In this document: positions 9,801 through 17,743 of the stretch, piece after piece
How the letters are laid out: each line of letters opens with the position of its first letter
Numbering within the stretch: position 1 is the first letter of the stretch
Source: Candidatus Eiseniibacteriota bacterium
GTDB taxonomy: Bacteria > Eisenbacteria > RBG-16-71-46
DNA length: 38,741 nt
Direction of reading: 5' to 3'
NCBI GenBank assembly: GCA_041483195.1
Contig: JBGPFC010000035.1
Coordinates: 1-38,741, forward strand
Translations under genes and position numbers: made by a program
Notes under the pieces: generated by a model
Database searches by the model: none
The model's input: only the letters and a program-made list of their open reading frames with translations
What the model was told of the DNA's origin: nothing

Positions 9801-10464
9801 CATCGAGGCGCTCGATGCGCTCGACAAGCAGGAGTTCGACATCGTGCTGATGGACATCCAGATGCCCGACATGGACGGGCTCGAGGCCACGGCGCGCCTG
9901 CGCCGGATCGAGGCCGGCCGCGGGCGGCGCGTGCCGGTGATCGCGATGACCGCTCACGTGATGAAGGGCGACCGCGAGCGTTGCATCGCGTCCGGGATGG
10001 ACGACTTCGTCGGCAAGCCGGTCAATCCCGACGAGCTGTTCGCGGCGCTCGCGCGCTGGGCCGGGCGCGGATCGGAGATGGGTGCCCCGGCCATCGTGCG
10101 GCCCGCGGTGCCGATCGCGGTGTTCAGCGCGGAGCGGCTCCAGGAATATTGCGACGGCGACCGGCGCTTCGAGCGCCAGCTCCTGACCGAGTTCATCTCG
10201 GCGGTGCCGCAGATGCTGGTCGAGCTGCGCGCGGCGGTCGCGAGCGCCGATCCCAAGCGCGTCGAGTTCGCGGCGCATTCGCTCAAGGGCAGCTGCCGCA
10301 CGATGGGCGCCGACGCGCTCGCGGCCAGCGTCGAGGAGCTCGAGTGGCAGGCCGAGCGCGGCGAGCTGCAGGGCGCGGACCGCGTGATCGAGAGCGCGTC
10401 GATCGAGCTGGGGCGCCTGCAGGTCGCGCTCGCGACCCACCTGGGGAATCAGGCGGCCGCTTGA
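6844..10464 (+). CDS. Membrane-anchored hybrid sensor histidine kinase (PAS-GAF-PAS-HisKA-HATPase-REC-REC-Hpt)
   Basis: H box FLANMSHEIRTPMNG, N box LTNLVGNAIKFT, DTGVGI, GGTGLGL, REC LMDIQMPDMDG, Hpt AAHSLKGS. Start uncertain (GTG 6802 or ATG 6844). Confidence 0.92.
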   Translation: MTCVAVPIAALLMPAVGIAATRMPAPADLGAVGLLVAFAIGALIAGGVSVAITRGALRRTRGAVEAARRLGAEELTRTRAEFEREGAERVATLEQRTAALDASEALKASILGAALDGIVAIDALGVITEFNAAAERTFGWNRAEVIGRETPEILLPPASREARRHDFERFIVSGDIPDEGHTFEITAMRRDGTEIPVEIAVHAMGPPEGRCFAGFIRDVSRRRRAVSLQAGHRRVLELIATNAPLEESLAVLVRALEEQMPRMRCAALLLDAAGGLTCGAAPGLPAALIEAELALPPGAERGCGAAAARLGRRIICENVQTDPRWTEMRALALNVGLRSAWAQPIFCPGGTVLGAIAVFHAEPHVPDLEELELLESAAHLASIGIERERAEAALRGAEEKYRAIFENAIEGVFQTTPDGSFLSANPALARLFGYVSAQELIEKCSDRVHQLYVLPERREDWKRLLAQRGVVHGYESEIIRADGSRIWISENCRVVKDAAGHVLYYEGTLQDITDRKRAQEDLRRSMRELEEARARAEQQAQQLREQAEELALARDQALAATKAKSEFLANMSHEIRTPMNGILGMTGLLLDTSLTEEQLDFAQAVRGSADGLLTVINDILDFSKIEAGKLAVEVVEFELRVAVEEVAELLAPRAFEKGVELAVSIASDLPERLLGDPVRMRQVLTNLVGNAIKFTERGEVVVWAELVRQTPTQATIRVRVQDTGVGIPGDRLETIFESFTQADGSTTRRYGGTGLGLTISRQLIELMGGRIGVESEPRQGSTFWIEIALPRAASAVAPPRALPEALRGVRVLVADPSPTARETVCTQLRAWNCRPEGTASADETIDRLRAAAGGDAFGLALIDQRLAEAGGGRLPREIRAEPHMHALPMVLMAPPVAHLTADPTRDLFAATIAKPVRCASLRAAMIAATATGPEADYGAEALGSPVVRQMLQGLRVLVAEDKPVNQKVALHVLARWGCEARAVGSGIEALDALDKQEFDIVLMDIQMPDMDGLEATARLRRIEAGRGRRVPVIAMTAHVMKGDRERCIASGMDDFVGKPVNPDELFAALARWAGRGSEMGAPAIVRPAVPIAVFSAERLQEYCDGDRRFERQLLTEFISAVPQMLVELRAAVASADPKRVEFAAHSLKGSCRTMGADALAASVEELEWQAERGELQGADRVIESASIELGRLQVALATHLGNQAAA

Positions 10465-10498
10465 CCGCCGCCGGGGCAGTGATTAGCGTCCCGGCATC

Positions 10499-11254
10499 AT
10501 GTTGACGCACGACGAGCTTCGGATCTCGCCCCCCGAGGCGATGCTCACGGCCGCGCGGCGATGGCTCGCCCCGGTGCGCGCCGCCCTCGATCACGATTTT
10601 CTCGCGGCGTATCTCACCGGCAGCGTGCTCACGCAGGGCTTCGACATGAAGCACTCGCGGGTCAACGTGCTGGTGGTGGGGCGGACGCTCTCGGTGGATT
10701 GGCTCGAGGCGCTCGCGCGCGCGGTGCCGGTGACCCGCCGCGCCCCGCACTTCGAGCCGCTGTTCCTCCACCTGCGGCAGATCGAGAAATCGCTCGACGT
10801 GTTTCCGATCGAGTGGCTCGAGATCCAGGAGCGCCACCTGCTGCTCGAGGGCGACGACGTGGTCGCGGGATTCGACGTGCCGCGCAGCAACTTGAGGCTC
10901 CAGGCGGAGCACGAGCTGCGCGGCAAGAACATCCGGCTGCGCCACGCGCTGGTCGAGTCCATCCGCCGCCCGGCCGATCTCGAGCGCGTGCTGAAGGGCG
11001 CGGCGAGCAGCTTCGCGACGCTGTTCCGCACACTGCTGCGGCTGCGCGGCGAGACGCCGCCCGGCGATTCGTCGCGCGTGATCGAGCGGGTGGCCGACCT
11101 GTTCAAGCTCGACGCCACGGGGCTCCTGATCCCGCACCTGCTGCGTCAGTCCGGCCGCACCGGGAACCGCGCCGACATCCTGCCGAACTATCGGAAGTTT
11201 CTCGTCGAGGTGGATCGGCTGATCGACGCCATCGACGAACTGCGCGTGCCATGA
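10499..11254 (+). CDS. Nucleotidyltransferase-fold protein (LemA/TPM-associated), probably degenerate
   Basis: AAYLTGSV...SRVNVLVV matches the pol-beta hG[GS]...DhD pattern with the Asp residues replaced; DVFPIE..EI motif; ATGA-coupled to the TPM gene. Confidence 0.7.
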   Translation: MLTHDELRISPPEAMLTAARRWLAPVRAALDHDFLAAYLTGSVLTQGFDMKHSRVNVLVVGRTLSVDWLEALARAVPVTRRAPHFEPLFLHLRQIEKSLDVFPIEWLEIQERHLLLEGDDVVAGFDVPRSNLRLQAEHELRGKNIRLRHALVESIRRPADLERVLKGAASSFATLFRTLLRLRGETPPGDSSRVIERVADLFKLDATGLLIPHLLRQSGRTGNRADILPNYRKFLVEVDRLIDAIDELRVP

Positions 11255-12072
11255 GCGGCTGGCGCGCCATCGCGCGCCGCGTAACCTGGGCCTCGGCGCT
11301 CGCGCTGTGCGCGCTGCTGCCCGCGGCGCACGCGAGCGCCGAAACCCAGGACGACAGCCTCGCCGTTCCCGCGGCGGTCGGGTTCGTGAACGATCGCGCC
11401 GGCGTGATGGACGACGAGTCCCGCGCCAAGCTCGAATCGTTCCTCGATCAGGTGAAGCAGAAGACCGGCGCCGAGTTCGCGGTGCTCACCGTGAAGAGCA
11501 CCGCGCCCGGCACGCCCGACGAATACAAGACGCGCGTGTTCGATGCGTGGAAGCTCGGCAAGCACGGCGAGGACAACGGGCTGCTGATGCTGGTCGCGAT
11601 CGAGGAGCGCCAGGTGCGCTTCGAGACCGGATACGGGCTCGAGGGCCCGCTGCCCGACGGACTGGAGTCGCGCATCGTGCGCGAGGCGATGGCGCCGCGC
11701 CTTCGTGCCGGCGACTACGCGGGCGGCATCACCGCCGCGATGCTGGCGTGCGCGGCCCGCGTGGCAGCCGAGAAGAACGTCAAGCTGGAGTGGGACGGCG
11801 AGGAGCTGCGCTACGATTCGGCGCGACGCGGCCGCGATCTGCCGCTGTGGGCGATCATCCTGATCGCGGTCGTGATGATGATGATCTTCTCGCGGCTGCG
11901 CGGCATGGGCCGCGGCGGACGTGGCCCGTGGTGGCTGGGCCCCGCCGGCGGGCTCGGCGGATTCGGCGGGCTCGGCGGGTTCGGGGGTTTCGGAGGCGGT
12001 TCCGGCGGCGGCTCGTTCGGCGGTTTCGGAGGCGGATCGAGCGGCGGCGGCGGCGGCGGCGGAAGCTGGTAG
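11251..12072 (+). CDS. TPM-domain (YgcG/COG1512) membrane protein with a Gly-rich tail
   Basis: Signal peptide, FVNDRAGVM, WKLGK.GEDNGLL, FETGYGLEG.LPD, a TM helix and a GGFGGG...GGGGSW C-terminus. Confidence 0.9.
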   Translation: MSGWRAIARRVTWASALALCALLPAAHASAETQDDSLAVPAAVGFVNDRAGVMDDESRAKLESFLDQVKQKTGAEFAVLTVKSTAPGTPDEYKTRVFDAWKLGKHGEDNGLLMLVAIEERQVRFETGYGLEGPLPDGLESRIVREAMAPRLRAGDYAGGITAAMLACAARVAAEKNVKLEWDGEELRYDSARRGRDLPLWAIILIAVVMMMIFSRLRGMGRGGRGPWWLGPAGGLGGFGGLGGFGGFGGGSGGGSFGGFGGGSSGGGGGGGSW

Positions 12073-12129
12073 CATGACGGCCGGCGCCACGGTGCGCGCC
12101 GATTACGAATACAAAAGGAGAGGACCACG

Positions 12130-12711
12130 ATGAAACGCGGGCTTCTGATCACATTGGTGGTGGTCGCGGTGCTGCTGCTGGCGGTCGGTGGCTGCCTGGT
12201 GGGGAACTACAACCGGCTGGTCACCACGAAGGAGGCGGTCGATCAGAAGTGGGCGCAGGTCGACAATCAGCTCCAGCGACGCAACGATCTGATTGGAAAC
12301 CTGGTCGAGAGCGTAAAGGGAACCGCGCTCCAGGAGCAGCAGGTGTTCGGCCAGATCGCAGACGCTCGCGCGAAGCTGGCGGGCGCGGGCACCCCCGAGC
12401 AGAAGATCGCGGCGGGGCAGCAGATGGACGGCGCGCTCGCGCGGCTGCTGGTGGTCGTCGAGAACTACCCGCAGCTCAAGAGCAACGAGGCGTTCCTCCA
12501 GCTGATGGACGAGCTGGCGGGAACCGAGAATCGCCTCGCGACCGAGCGCATGCGCTACAACCAGGAAGTGCAGGGCTACAACGTGCTGGTCAAGCGCTTC
12601 CCGACCAACCTCTACGCCGCGGCGTTCAACTTCAAGGACGCGCCCTACTACCAGATCCAGGAGGCGGCGCGCGCCGCGCCCAAGGTGGATTTCGGCGGGA
12701 TTCGAAAGTAA
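12130..12711 (+). CDS. lemA: LemA family protein
   Basis: N-terminal TM, YNRLV, WAQVDNQLQRRNDLI.NLV, ENYPQLKSN, ELAGTENR, RYN, FPTNL.A; AAGGAG/AGGA RBS. Confidence 0.93.
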   Translation: MKRGLLITLVVVAVLLLAVGGCLVGNYNRLVTTKEAVDQKWAQVDNQLQRRNDLIGNLVESVKGTALQEQQVFGQIADARAKLAGAGTPEQKIAAGQQMDGALARLLVVVENYPQLKSNEAFLQLMDELAGTENRLATERMRYNQEVQGYNVLVKRFPTNLYAAAFNFKDAPYYQIQEAARAAPKVDFGGIRK

Positions 12712-12729
12712 GAACTAGCGCGATCGCGT

Positions 12730-12758
12730 GACCGCGCCGGCGTTCAGGCGGCGCGGTC
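12730..12758. terminator. Hairpin between convergent genes (possible bidirectional terminator)
   Basis: GACCGCGCCG / CGGCGCGGTC perfect 10-bp stem; no U tract. Confidence 0.45.
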
Positions 12759-14258
12759 CGCGGTCTCGCGGCCGTCGCGCCCGGCCTGATCGAGCGCGCG
12801 GCGCGTCGCGGGATCCAGCGCACTCCCGAGGTCTCGCGCGGCGCGATCGAGCGCCTCCCCGGGAGGAAGACCCTCGGCGCGCGCCGCCGCGTAACCCAGC
12901 CCCGCCGCGAGCAGCAACGCGGCGCGGCGTTCGTCCGGATCGCTCTCGTCGGGGAACGAGCCACCGTTCGCCGCGGAAGCTACCGAGTCCGCGATCGCGC
13001 GCGCGCGCGCGATCAGCCTTCGTAGATCCGCGACGCGCCGCGTGGGATCCGCGGCTTCGAGCGCTTCGAGCGCGAGCGCGCACTCGGTACCGGAAGCGGG
13101 CGCGCCGAGCGCGATGCCGTGCAGCATCAGCTCGCGCTCTCGCGGCGGGAGCATCGCGGCCCGCGCCGCGCGATCGATCAGCAGCGCCGCCGCGGCGCGG
13201 CGTTCCATCGCGGGCACGTCGCTCTCGCGCGCGGCGAGCCGCTGGAGCGCGTGCTCGGTCTGAACGCGCACCCGCTGCGCGTTGGCCAGCGCGACCGCGC
13301 CGATCTCGCACAGACCGGTGAGCGCCTCGACCTCGACCGCCGGCAACTCCGCGCCGTCCACCCGTTCGTCGGCGATCAGCACCGCCTCGAGGCGCTCGGG
13401 GCCGCGCAGCGGTGCGAGCAGCACGATCCCGCCCGCCACCAGCGGCGGCAGCTCGGCGATCAGCTCGGGAAAGCGCTCGAGGTCGCGGCGCAGCAGCGGG
13501 CGCGCGAGCGCCTCGAGCATCGCCGCCAGCTCGCCGACGCTGCCCAGCTCGAGACCCGCCACGCGTTCCCATCCGTCGCCGCGCACCGCGCGCGCCACGA
13601 ACGCCCCGCGCGCATCGCGCACCAGCAGCGCCGCCATCCCGACGCCGAGCCGGGACTGCGCCGCCGAGACGATGCGGGTTCCGAGCGCATCGAGGTCGAG
13701 CGTGCGGTGCAGCTCGCTCCCCAGGCCGAATGCCAGCTCGCGCATGCGCTGCTCGCGCCGGACCTCGTGGTGCGCGCGCCGCGCGTCGTCCTGCGCGCGC
13801 GCCAGCTGGAGCTCCAGCTCGCGCATGCGGCGCCGCGCCTCGCGGGTCTCTGCGGTGCGCACCAGCAGCCGCTTCACGCGGGCGATCAGCTCCTTCGGCG
13901 AGAACGGCTTCGCGAGGTAGTCGTCGGCGCCGCGCGCGAACGCCTGCAGCCGCGTCTCGGTCTCGATCGCAGCAGAGACCAGGATGATCGGCACGGTGTT
14001 CTCGTCGGGATCGCGGCGCAGCGCCTCGCACACCTCGAGCCCGCTCTTGCGCGGCAGGCGCACGTCGAGCACCACCAGGTCGGGCCGCTGGCCGAGCGCC
14101 TGCTTGAGCGCCTCTTCCCCGTCCGCGGCCGTCAGCACGCGAAAGCCGTGGGTCGAGAGCGCGAGGTCGAGCAGCTCGAGCACGCGGCGGTCGTCGTCCA
14201 CCACCAGGATGCGCGGCTGGAGATCGCCCGACTGCTTCCCGAAGAGGCTCGCGCTCAC
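12744..14258 (-). CDS. Response regulator: REC-coiled coil-GAF-degenerate HD-GYP-like domain, 504 aa
   Basis: Canonical REC (ILVVDDD, VVLDVRLP, ILVSA, GADDYLAKPF), a GAF-like middle, and a C-terminus following the HD-GYP helical pattern (AARAAMLPPRERELMLHGIAL...EALDRAARDLGSALDP) without HD or GYP. GTG start overlaps the upstream stop (GTGA). Confidence 0.8.
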   Translation of the reverse strand: MSASLFGKQSGDLQPRILVVDDDRRVLELLDLALSTHGFRVLTAADGEEALKQALGQRPDLVVLDVRLPRKSGLEVCEALRRDPDENTVPIILVSAAIETETRLQAFARGADDYLAKPFSPKELIARVKRLLVRTAETREARRRMRELELQLARAQDDARRAHHEVRREQRMRELAFGLGSELHRTLDLDALGTRIVSAAQSRLGVGMAALLVRDARGAFVARAVRGDGWERVAGLELGSVGELAAMLEALARPLLRRDLERFPELIAELPPLVAGGIVLLAPLRGPERLEAVLIADERVDGAELPAVEVEALTGLCEIGAVALANAQRVRVQTEHALQRLAARESDVPAMERRAAAALLIDRAARAAMLPPRERELMLHGIALGAPASGTECALALEALEAADPTRRVADLRRLIARARAIADSVASAANGGSFPDESDPDERRAALLLAAGLGYAAARAEGLPPGEALDRAARDLGSALDPATRRALDQAGRDGRETADRAA

Positions 14259-15955
14259 GGCTTCGCGTCCCGGGCGAGCCCTGCGCGCGCGAGCATGTGC
14301 TCGAGCGACTCGCGCGAGACGGGCTTGCGCAGCGTGCGGCTCACACCGGCGCGCGATGCAGCCGCGGCGTCCTCTTCGTCGCGCAGCAGCGCGACGAGCG
14401 GCGTGCCGGCGGGCGCGCGATCGCGCACCGAGCGCAGCAGCGCCTCGCCGCGCGCGTCTGGCAGCTCGACGTCGACGCACAGCAGATGCCACGGCCCCCG
14501 CGAGAGGCAGGCATCGAGCTCGGCCGCGCGCTCCACCGCCAGCACCTCGAAGCCCTGCTGCTCGAGGAGCCGGGTGAGAAACACGCGGGCCGTGAACGAA
14601 TCCTCGGCCACCAGCGCGCGGCGCGCGCCGAGGGACGCGACGGCAACCTGATCGGGCGCGGGCTCGCCGAGCGGCCTCACCGAGTGCTCGTCCAGCTCTT
14701 CGGTGTCGTTCGCGACGGGCGCGATGACGGGAGGCGGAGCGACGGGCGCGCTCACATGCGCGGGTTCGGCGGGCGCGCTCACTTGCACGGGAGCTTCGGG
14801 CGTGAACGCGCGCGGCGGCGGCGCGGGGGGTGCGACACGCGATCGCGCCGGAATCAGCGCCGGCGGGGGAAGCGAATCCGGAAGCGCGACCCCGGCGAGC
14901 AGCGTGCCCGGGTCGGCCACCGCGTACACCGTGCCGTCCTCCGTGATCACCGCGCGCGCGAGGCCGAGCGCCACGGCCTCCGGGATCGGCGCGCATTCCT
15001 CGGCGGGCAGCCGCCACACGAGCCGGTCGGTGCGCAGCCACGCGCGCTTGAGCCCGAGAGCCAGCAGCAGCACCGGACCATCGGCCCGCGCGCTCGCGAG
15101 CGGCGCGAGCGGGGCGAGCAGCGGCGCGCCGCGCGGCGCTGCGTCGGCTTCGGCGTTCACGCGCGACGCGAGCTGCATGCGCAGCACGGCGTGCGCCGGC
15201 ACCGCGAGCCGCAGGTCGCCCTGCTCCAGCATGATGAAGTTCGCGCGGCCCGAGATCACGGGCACGCGCACGATCCACTCGCGCCGAATCCCGGACTGAG
15301 GCGCAGACGATGGCGCGGGACCGAGGCTGCCCTCGACCGCGGCGAGCACCTCGTGCGCGGGCCGGAGCCCGGCGCCGTCGAGCAGCTCGCATCGAACGTC
15401 GAGCGCGCTGTCGTCGGCTTCCAGCGAGAGCGGCCAGCGCGGGCCGCTCTCGCCGCCGATCCAGTCGAGTGCCGCTCGCAGCGCGGCGGCGGCCGGGCTC
15501 GAGAGCCGCACGCGCCGCGCGAGCGCGGCCGATGCCTCGTCGGCGAGCGGAAGATCGGCGAGCGCGGCGTGCGCGCCGATCGTCGGGATGGCCGAAGCGA
15601 CGCCGGCCTGCGACGGGGCGTGATGCCACTCGATGTCGCCCAATTGTTCGGCCAGCGAATCCAGCTCGCGCTCGGCGTCGCTGAATTCCTCGAGCTCGCC
15701 GGCCGCGGCGCAGCGCGCGGCCATGCGCAGCACGCGTCCGATCGCGGGCTCGACCTCGGCGGGCCACCCGCTGCCGACGTGCGGTGCGATCGCATCGAGC
15801 AGATGCGAGAGCCCATCGAGCTCGAGCAGCGAGGCGACCTCGCGCGCCGCCGCGAACTCCTGCGACGAGGCGCCGGGCGCGAGCGCTGCGTCGAGCGCCG
15901 CCGCCAGCCCGCGCGCGATGGCCTGACGGGATTCGCGATCGGCCGCCGCGTTCAT
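14255..15955 (-). CDS. Degenerate CheA-like hybrid protein (pseudo-Hpt, HATPase remnant, CheW-like, Pro-rich linker, REC)
   Basis: AAAREVASLLELDGLSHL aligns to the Hpt HxxKG helix with His lost; GLRPAHEVLAAVEGSL...WIVRVP resembles the CheA G2-to-RLP segment; FIMLEQGDLRLAVPAHAV is a CheW-like start; C-terminal REC ALVAEDS...CVDVELP...RKPV. Confidence 0.7.
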   Translation of the reverse strand: MNAAADRESRQAIARGLAAALDAALAPGASSQEFAAAREVASLLELDGLSHLLDAIAPHVGSGWPAEVEPAIGRVLRMAARCAAAGELEEFSDAERELDSLAEQLGDIEWHHAPSQAGVASAIPTIGAHAALADLPLADEASAALARRVRLSSPAAAALRAALDWIGGESGPRWPLSLEADDSALDVRCELLDGAGLRPAHEVLAAVEGSLGPAPSSAPQSGIRREWIVRVPVISGRANFIMLEQGDLRLAVPAHAVLRMQLASRVNAEADAAPRGAPLLAPLAPLASARADGPVLLLALGLKRAWLRTDRLVWRLPAEECAPIPEAVALGLARAVITEDGTVYAVADPGTLLAGVALPDSLPPPALIPARSRVAPPAPPPRAFTPEAPVQVSAPAEPAHVSAPVAPPPVIAPVANDTEELDEHSVRPLGEPAPDQVAVASLGARRALVAEDSFTARVFLTRLLEQQGFEVLAVERAAELDACLSRGPWHLLCVDVELPDARGEALLRSVRDRAPAGTPLVALLRDEEDAAAASRAGVSRTLRKPVSRESLEHMLARAGLARDAKP

Positions 15956-17466
15956 GGGCGCTCTTCGCGGTCGCGCGCTTCGAGGTCCGGGGCGGGTGTG
16001 ACCGCGTCCTGCTCCAGCAGACGCAGCGTGCCGGCGCGCGGCGCGCCCGTGGATTCCGCGCCGGCGGGGAGGTGTTGCGGATCGGGCGCGGCTTCCGCCT
16101 CGGCTCCGAGTCGCAACGCGAGCGCTTCGATCTCGCGCGATTCGTCTTCGAGCCGCCGCAGCAGGCGCTCCGCTGCGCGCGAGGCGCGCTCGCCGGCCGC
16201 CGAGAGTCCCTCGGCCTTGCGGGTCGCGTCCTGGATCATCTCGCGAACGCGCTCGTCGAGTCGCAGCACGTCATCGGACGGCGCGGCGGACGGCCCGGCC
16301 GCCGGCACCGGCGCGGCGTCCAGCATGAGCGCGACCCGCTCGCTCACCGCGCGCATGCGGGCGGTCGCGGCCGCGACCTCGCGCTCGACGTCGCGCGACA
16401 GCGCGTCCACGCGCTCGGTGGCGCCCCGCACCTCGGTCGCCAGCGTCTTGAGCTCGGCCGGCAGATCCTCGGGATGCGCGGCGCCCGTGCCCGAGCGGCC
16501 GCTCGCGACCATCGCGTTGAGCGCGATCAGGGTCGAGCGATTCGCGAGGGTGTGAACCAGCGCCGCGATCTCGCTCACGTGCGAGAGCCCCGCCGCCAGG
16601 CGCTCGACGCTCTCGCTCGATGCGCCGACCAGCTCCTCGATCGCCTCGGTCGCCGTGGCGCGATAGCGCTCGAGCGTTTCCGCGAACGCAGGCGAAGCGG
16701 TCGCCGTGAGCGTCGAGGCCTCGATCGCGCCGCGCAGCTCGGCGCCCAGCCGCTGCAGCTCGCGCACCGAGGTGATGAGCGAGGTCGCCTCGACGAATCC
16801 GCGCTCGGCCTGCTCGACCGATTCGCGCGCGTCGGCCAGCGACGCCTCGATCTCCACGTGAACCATGCGCGCGGCCTCCTGGTTCTGATCGCGCACTTCC
16901 ATCGCGCGCGCGAAGCCGTGATCGAGCGAGACCGCGAGCGAGGCGAGCGGGCCCTCTTCGAGCCGCATCGGTTCCCAGCGTTCGTTCGCGACCCAGCGCT
17001 CGATCGCGTCGCGCAGCGCTCCGACCTGGCGCTCGAGCAGCCGCAGCTCCTCGCTCGAACGCTCGGCCTCGTGGCGCGCGGTGATCACCTGCTGCGCCTG
17101 CTGCGTGAGATCGGAGAGCTCGCCCCAGCCGGCGGCCGCCGGCAGCCCGCGCAGCTCGTGCACCTGGCCCGATGCGAGACCGCGGCCGAGCCCGCGCAGG
17201 TGTCCGAGGATGCGCGCATCGAGCCAGAGCGCGAGCGCTGCGCCGGTCACGATCCCGAGCGCGCTCGCGCCGCCGAGCCACAGCAGGAGCCCGGCCGGAT
17301 CGTTCGACACCTCGGGGCCGATGCGCGTGCCGAACACCACCCAGATCGCCGCGGCGGAAACCATCGCGCCGCCCAGGCAGCCGAGCCAGAGCCGCAGCCT
17401 CAGGCCGCTGCCGGAGTGAGGCTCGGGGCTTGGAGCGGGCGGGTGCGCGGGCTGGGTATCAGTCAT
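15952..17466 (-). CDS. Degenerate methyl-accepting chemotaxis protein-like (2 TM, HAMP-like, coiled-coil signalling domain)
   Basis: Two adjacent TM helices, HAMP-like (WGELSDL), long coiled coil with LANRSTLIALNAMVASGRSG resembling [20 protein letters not shown]. Start may be GTG 17499. Confidence 0.75.
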   Translation of the reverse strand: MTDTQPAHPPAPSPEPHSGSGLRLRLWLGCLGGAMVSAAAIWVVFGTRIGPEVSNDPAGLLLWLGGASALGIVTGAALALWLDARILGHLRGLGRGLASGQVHELRGLPAAAGWGELSDLTQQAQQVITARHEAERSSEELRLLERQVGALRDAIERWVANERWEPMRLEEGPLASLAVSLDHGFARAMEVRDQNQEAARMVHVEIEASLADARESVEQAERGFVEATSLITSVRELQRLGAELRGAIEASTLTATASPAFAETLERYRATATEAIEELVGASSESVERLAAGLSHVSEIAALVHTLANRSTLIALNAMVASGRSGTGAAHPEDLPAELKTLATEVRGATERVDALSRDVEREVAAATARMRAVSERVALMLDAAPVPAAGPSAAPSDDVLRLDERVREMIQDATRKAEGLSAAGERASRAAERLLRRLEDESREIEALALRLGAEAEAAPDPQHLPAGAESTGAPRAGTLRLLEQDAVTPAPDLEARDREERP

Positions 17467-17527
17467 CGGAGTCTCGGCCAGCTGGAGGTGGGGAGCCACG
17501 ATGCCGGGTCTTCACGATGATTGACTC

Positions 17528-17543
17528 CGCAAGACATATGCCC
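17528..17543 (-). promoter_or_regulatory. sigma54 (-24/-12) promoter for the MCP-like operon
   Basis: Minus strand GGGCATATGTCTTGCG: GG-N10-GC with TTGC, 29-62 nt upstream of the candidate starts. Confidence 0.6.
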
Positions 17544-17717
17544 CGCGGCCGCGAGGCTTTATCGGCCCCCGCGGCGCGCCGCGCGCCGACCCGAATGGGA
17601 CCCCGGCGGCCCCCCACCGTGCAGAACGGGACGCCGCCGCGGCCTTGCAACACCGGGCTTAGCGCGCTGCGATCCAGCGGCCTGCGGGCGCGCGACGTAT
17701 CAAATGACTTTAACCGG

Positions 17718-17733
17718 TGGCAAAGGCATTGCG
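17718..17733 (+). promoter_or_regulatory. sigma54 (-24/-12) promoter
   Basis: TGGCAAAGGCATTGCG, exact GG-N10-GC spacing, with an AT-rich IHF-like stretch (TATCAAATGACTTTAA) directly upstream. Confidence 0.65.
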
Positions 17734-17743
17734 AAATCCGATG

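Noticed and set aside
6742..10440. 1232-aa minus ORF (likewise 30744-33767, 14297-16555, 19137-21482)
   Set aside because: Shadow frames of real genes with Arg/Ala-rich composition and no motifs.
11941..12063. GGC/TTC-rich repeat tract
   Set aside because: Encodes the normal Gly-rich tail of TPM proteins; not a CRISPR array or VNTR.
14259..15767. N-terminal half of the 1007-aa ORF
   Set aside because: Out-of-frame overlap with the CheA-like gene; the real start is GTG 14258.
17698..17713. IHF site as a separate feature
   Set aside because: Spacing is one base off WATCAANNNNTTR; kept only as supporting context.
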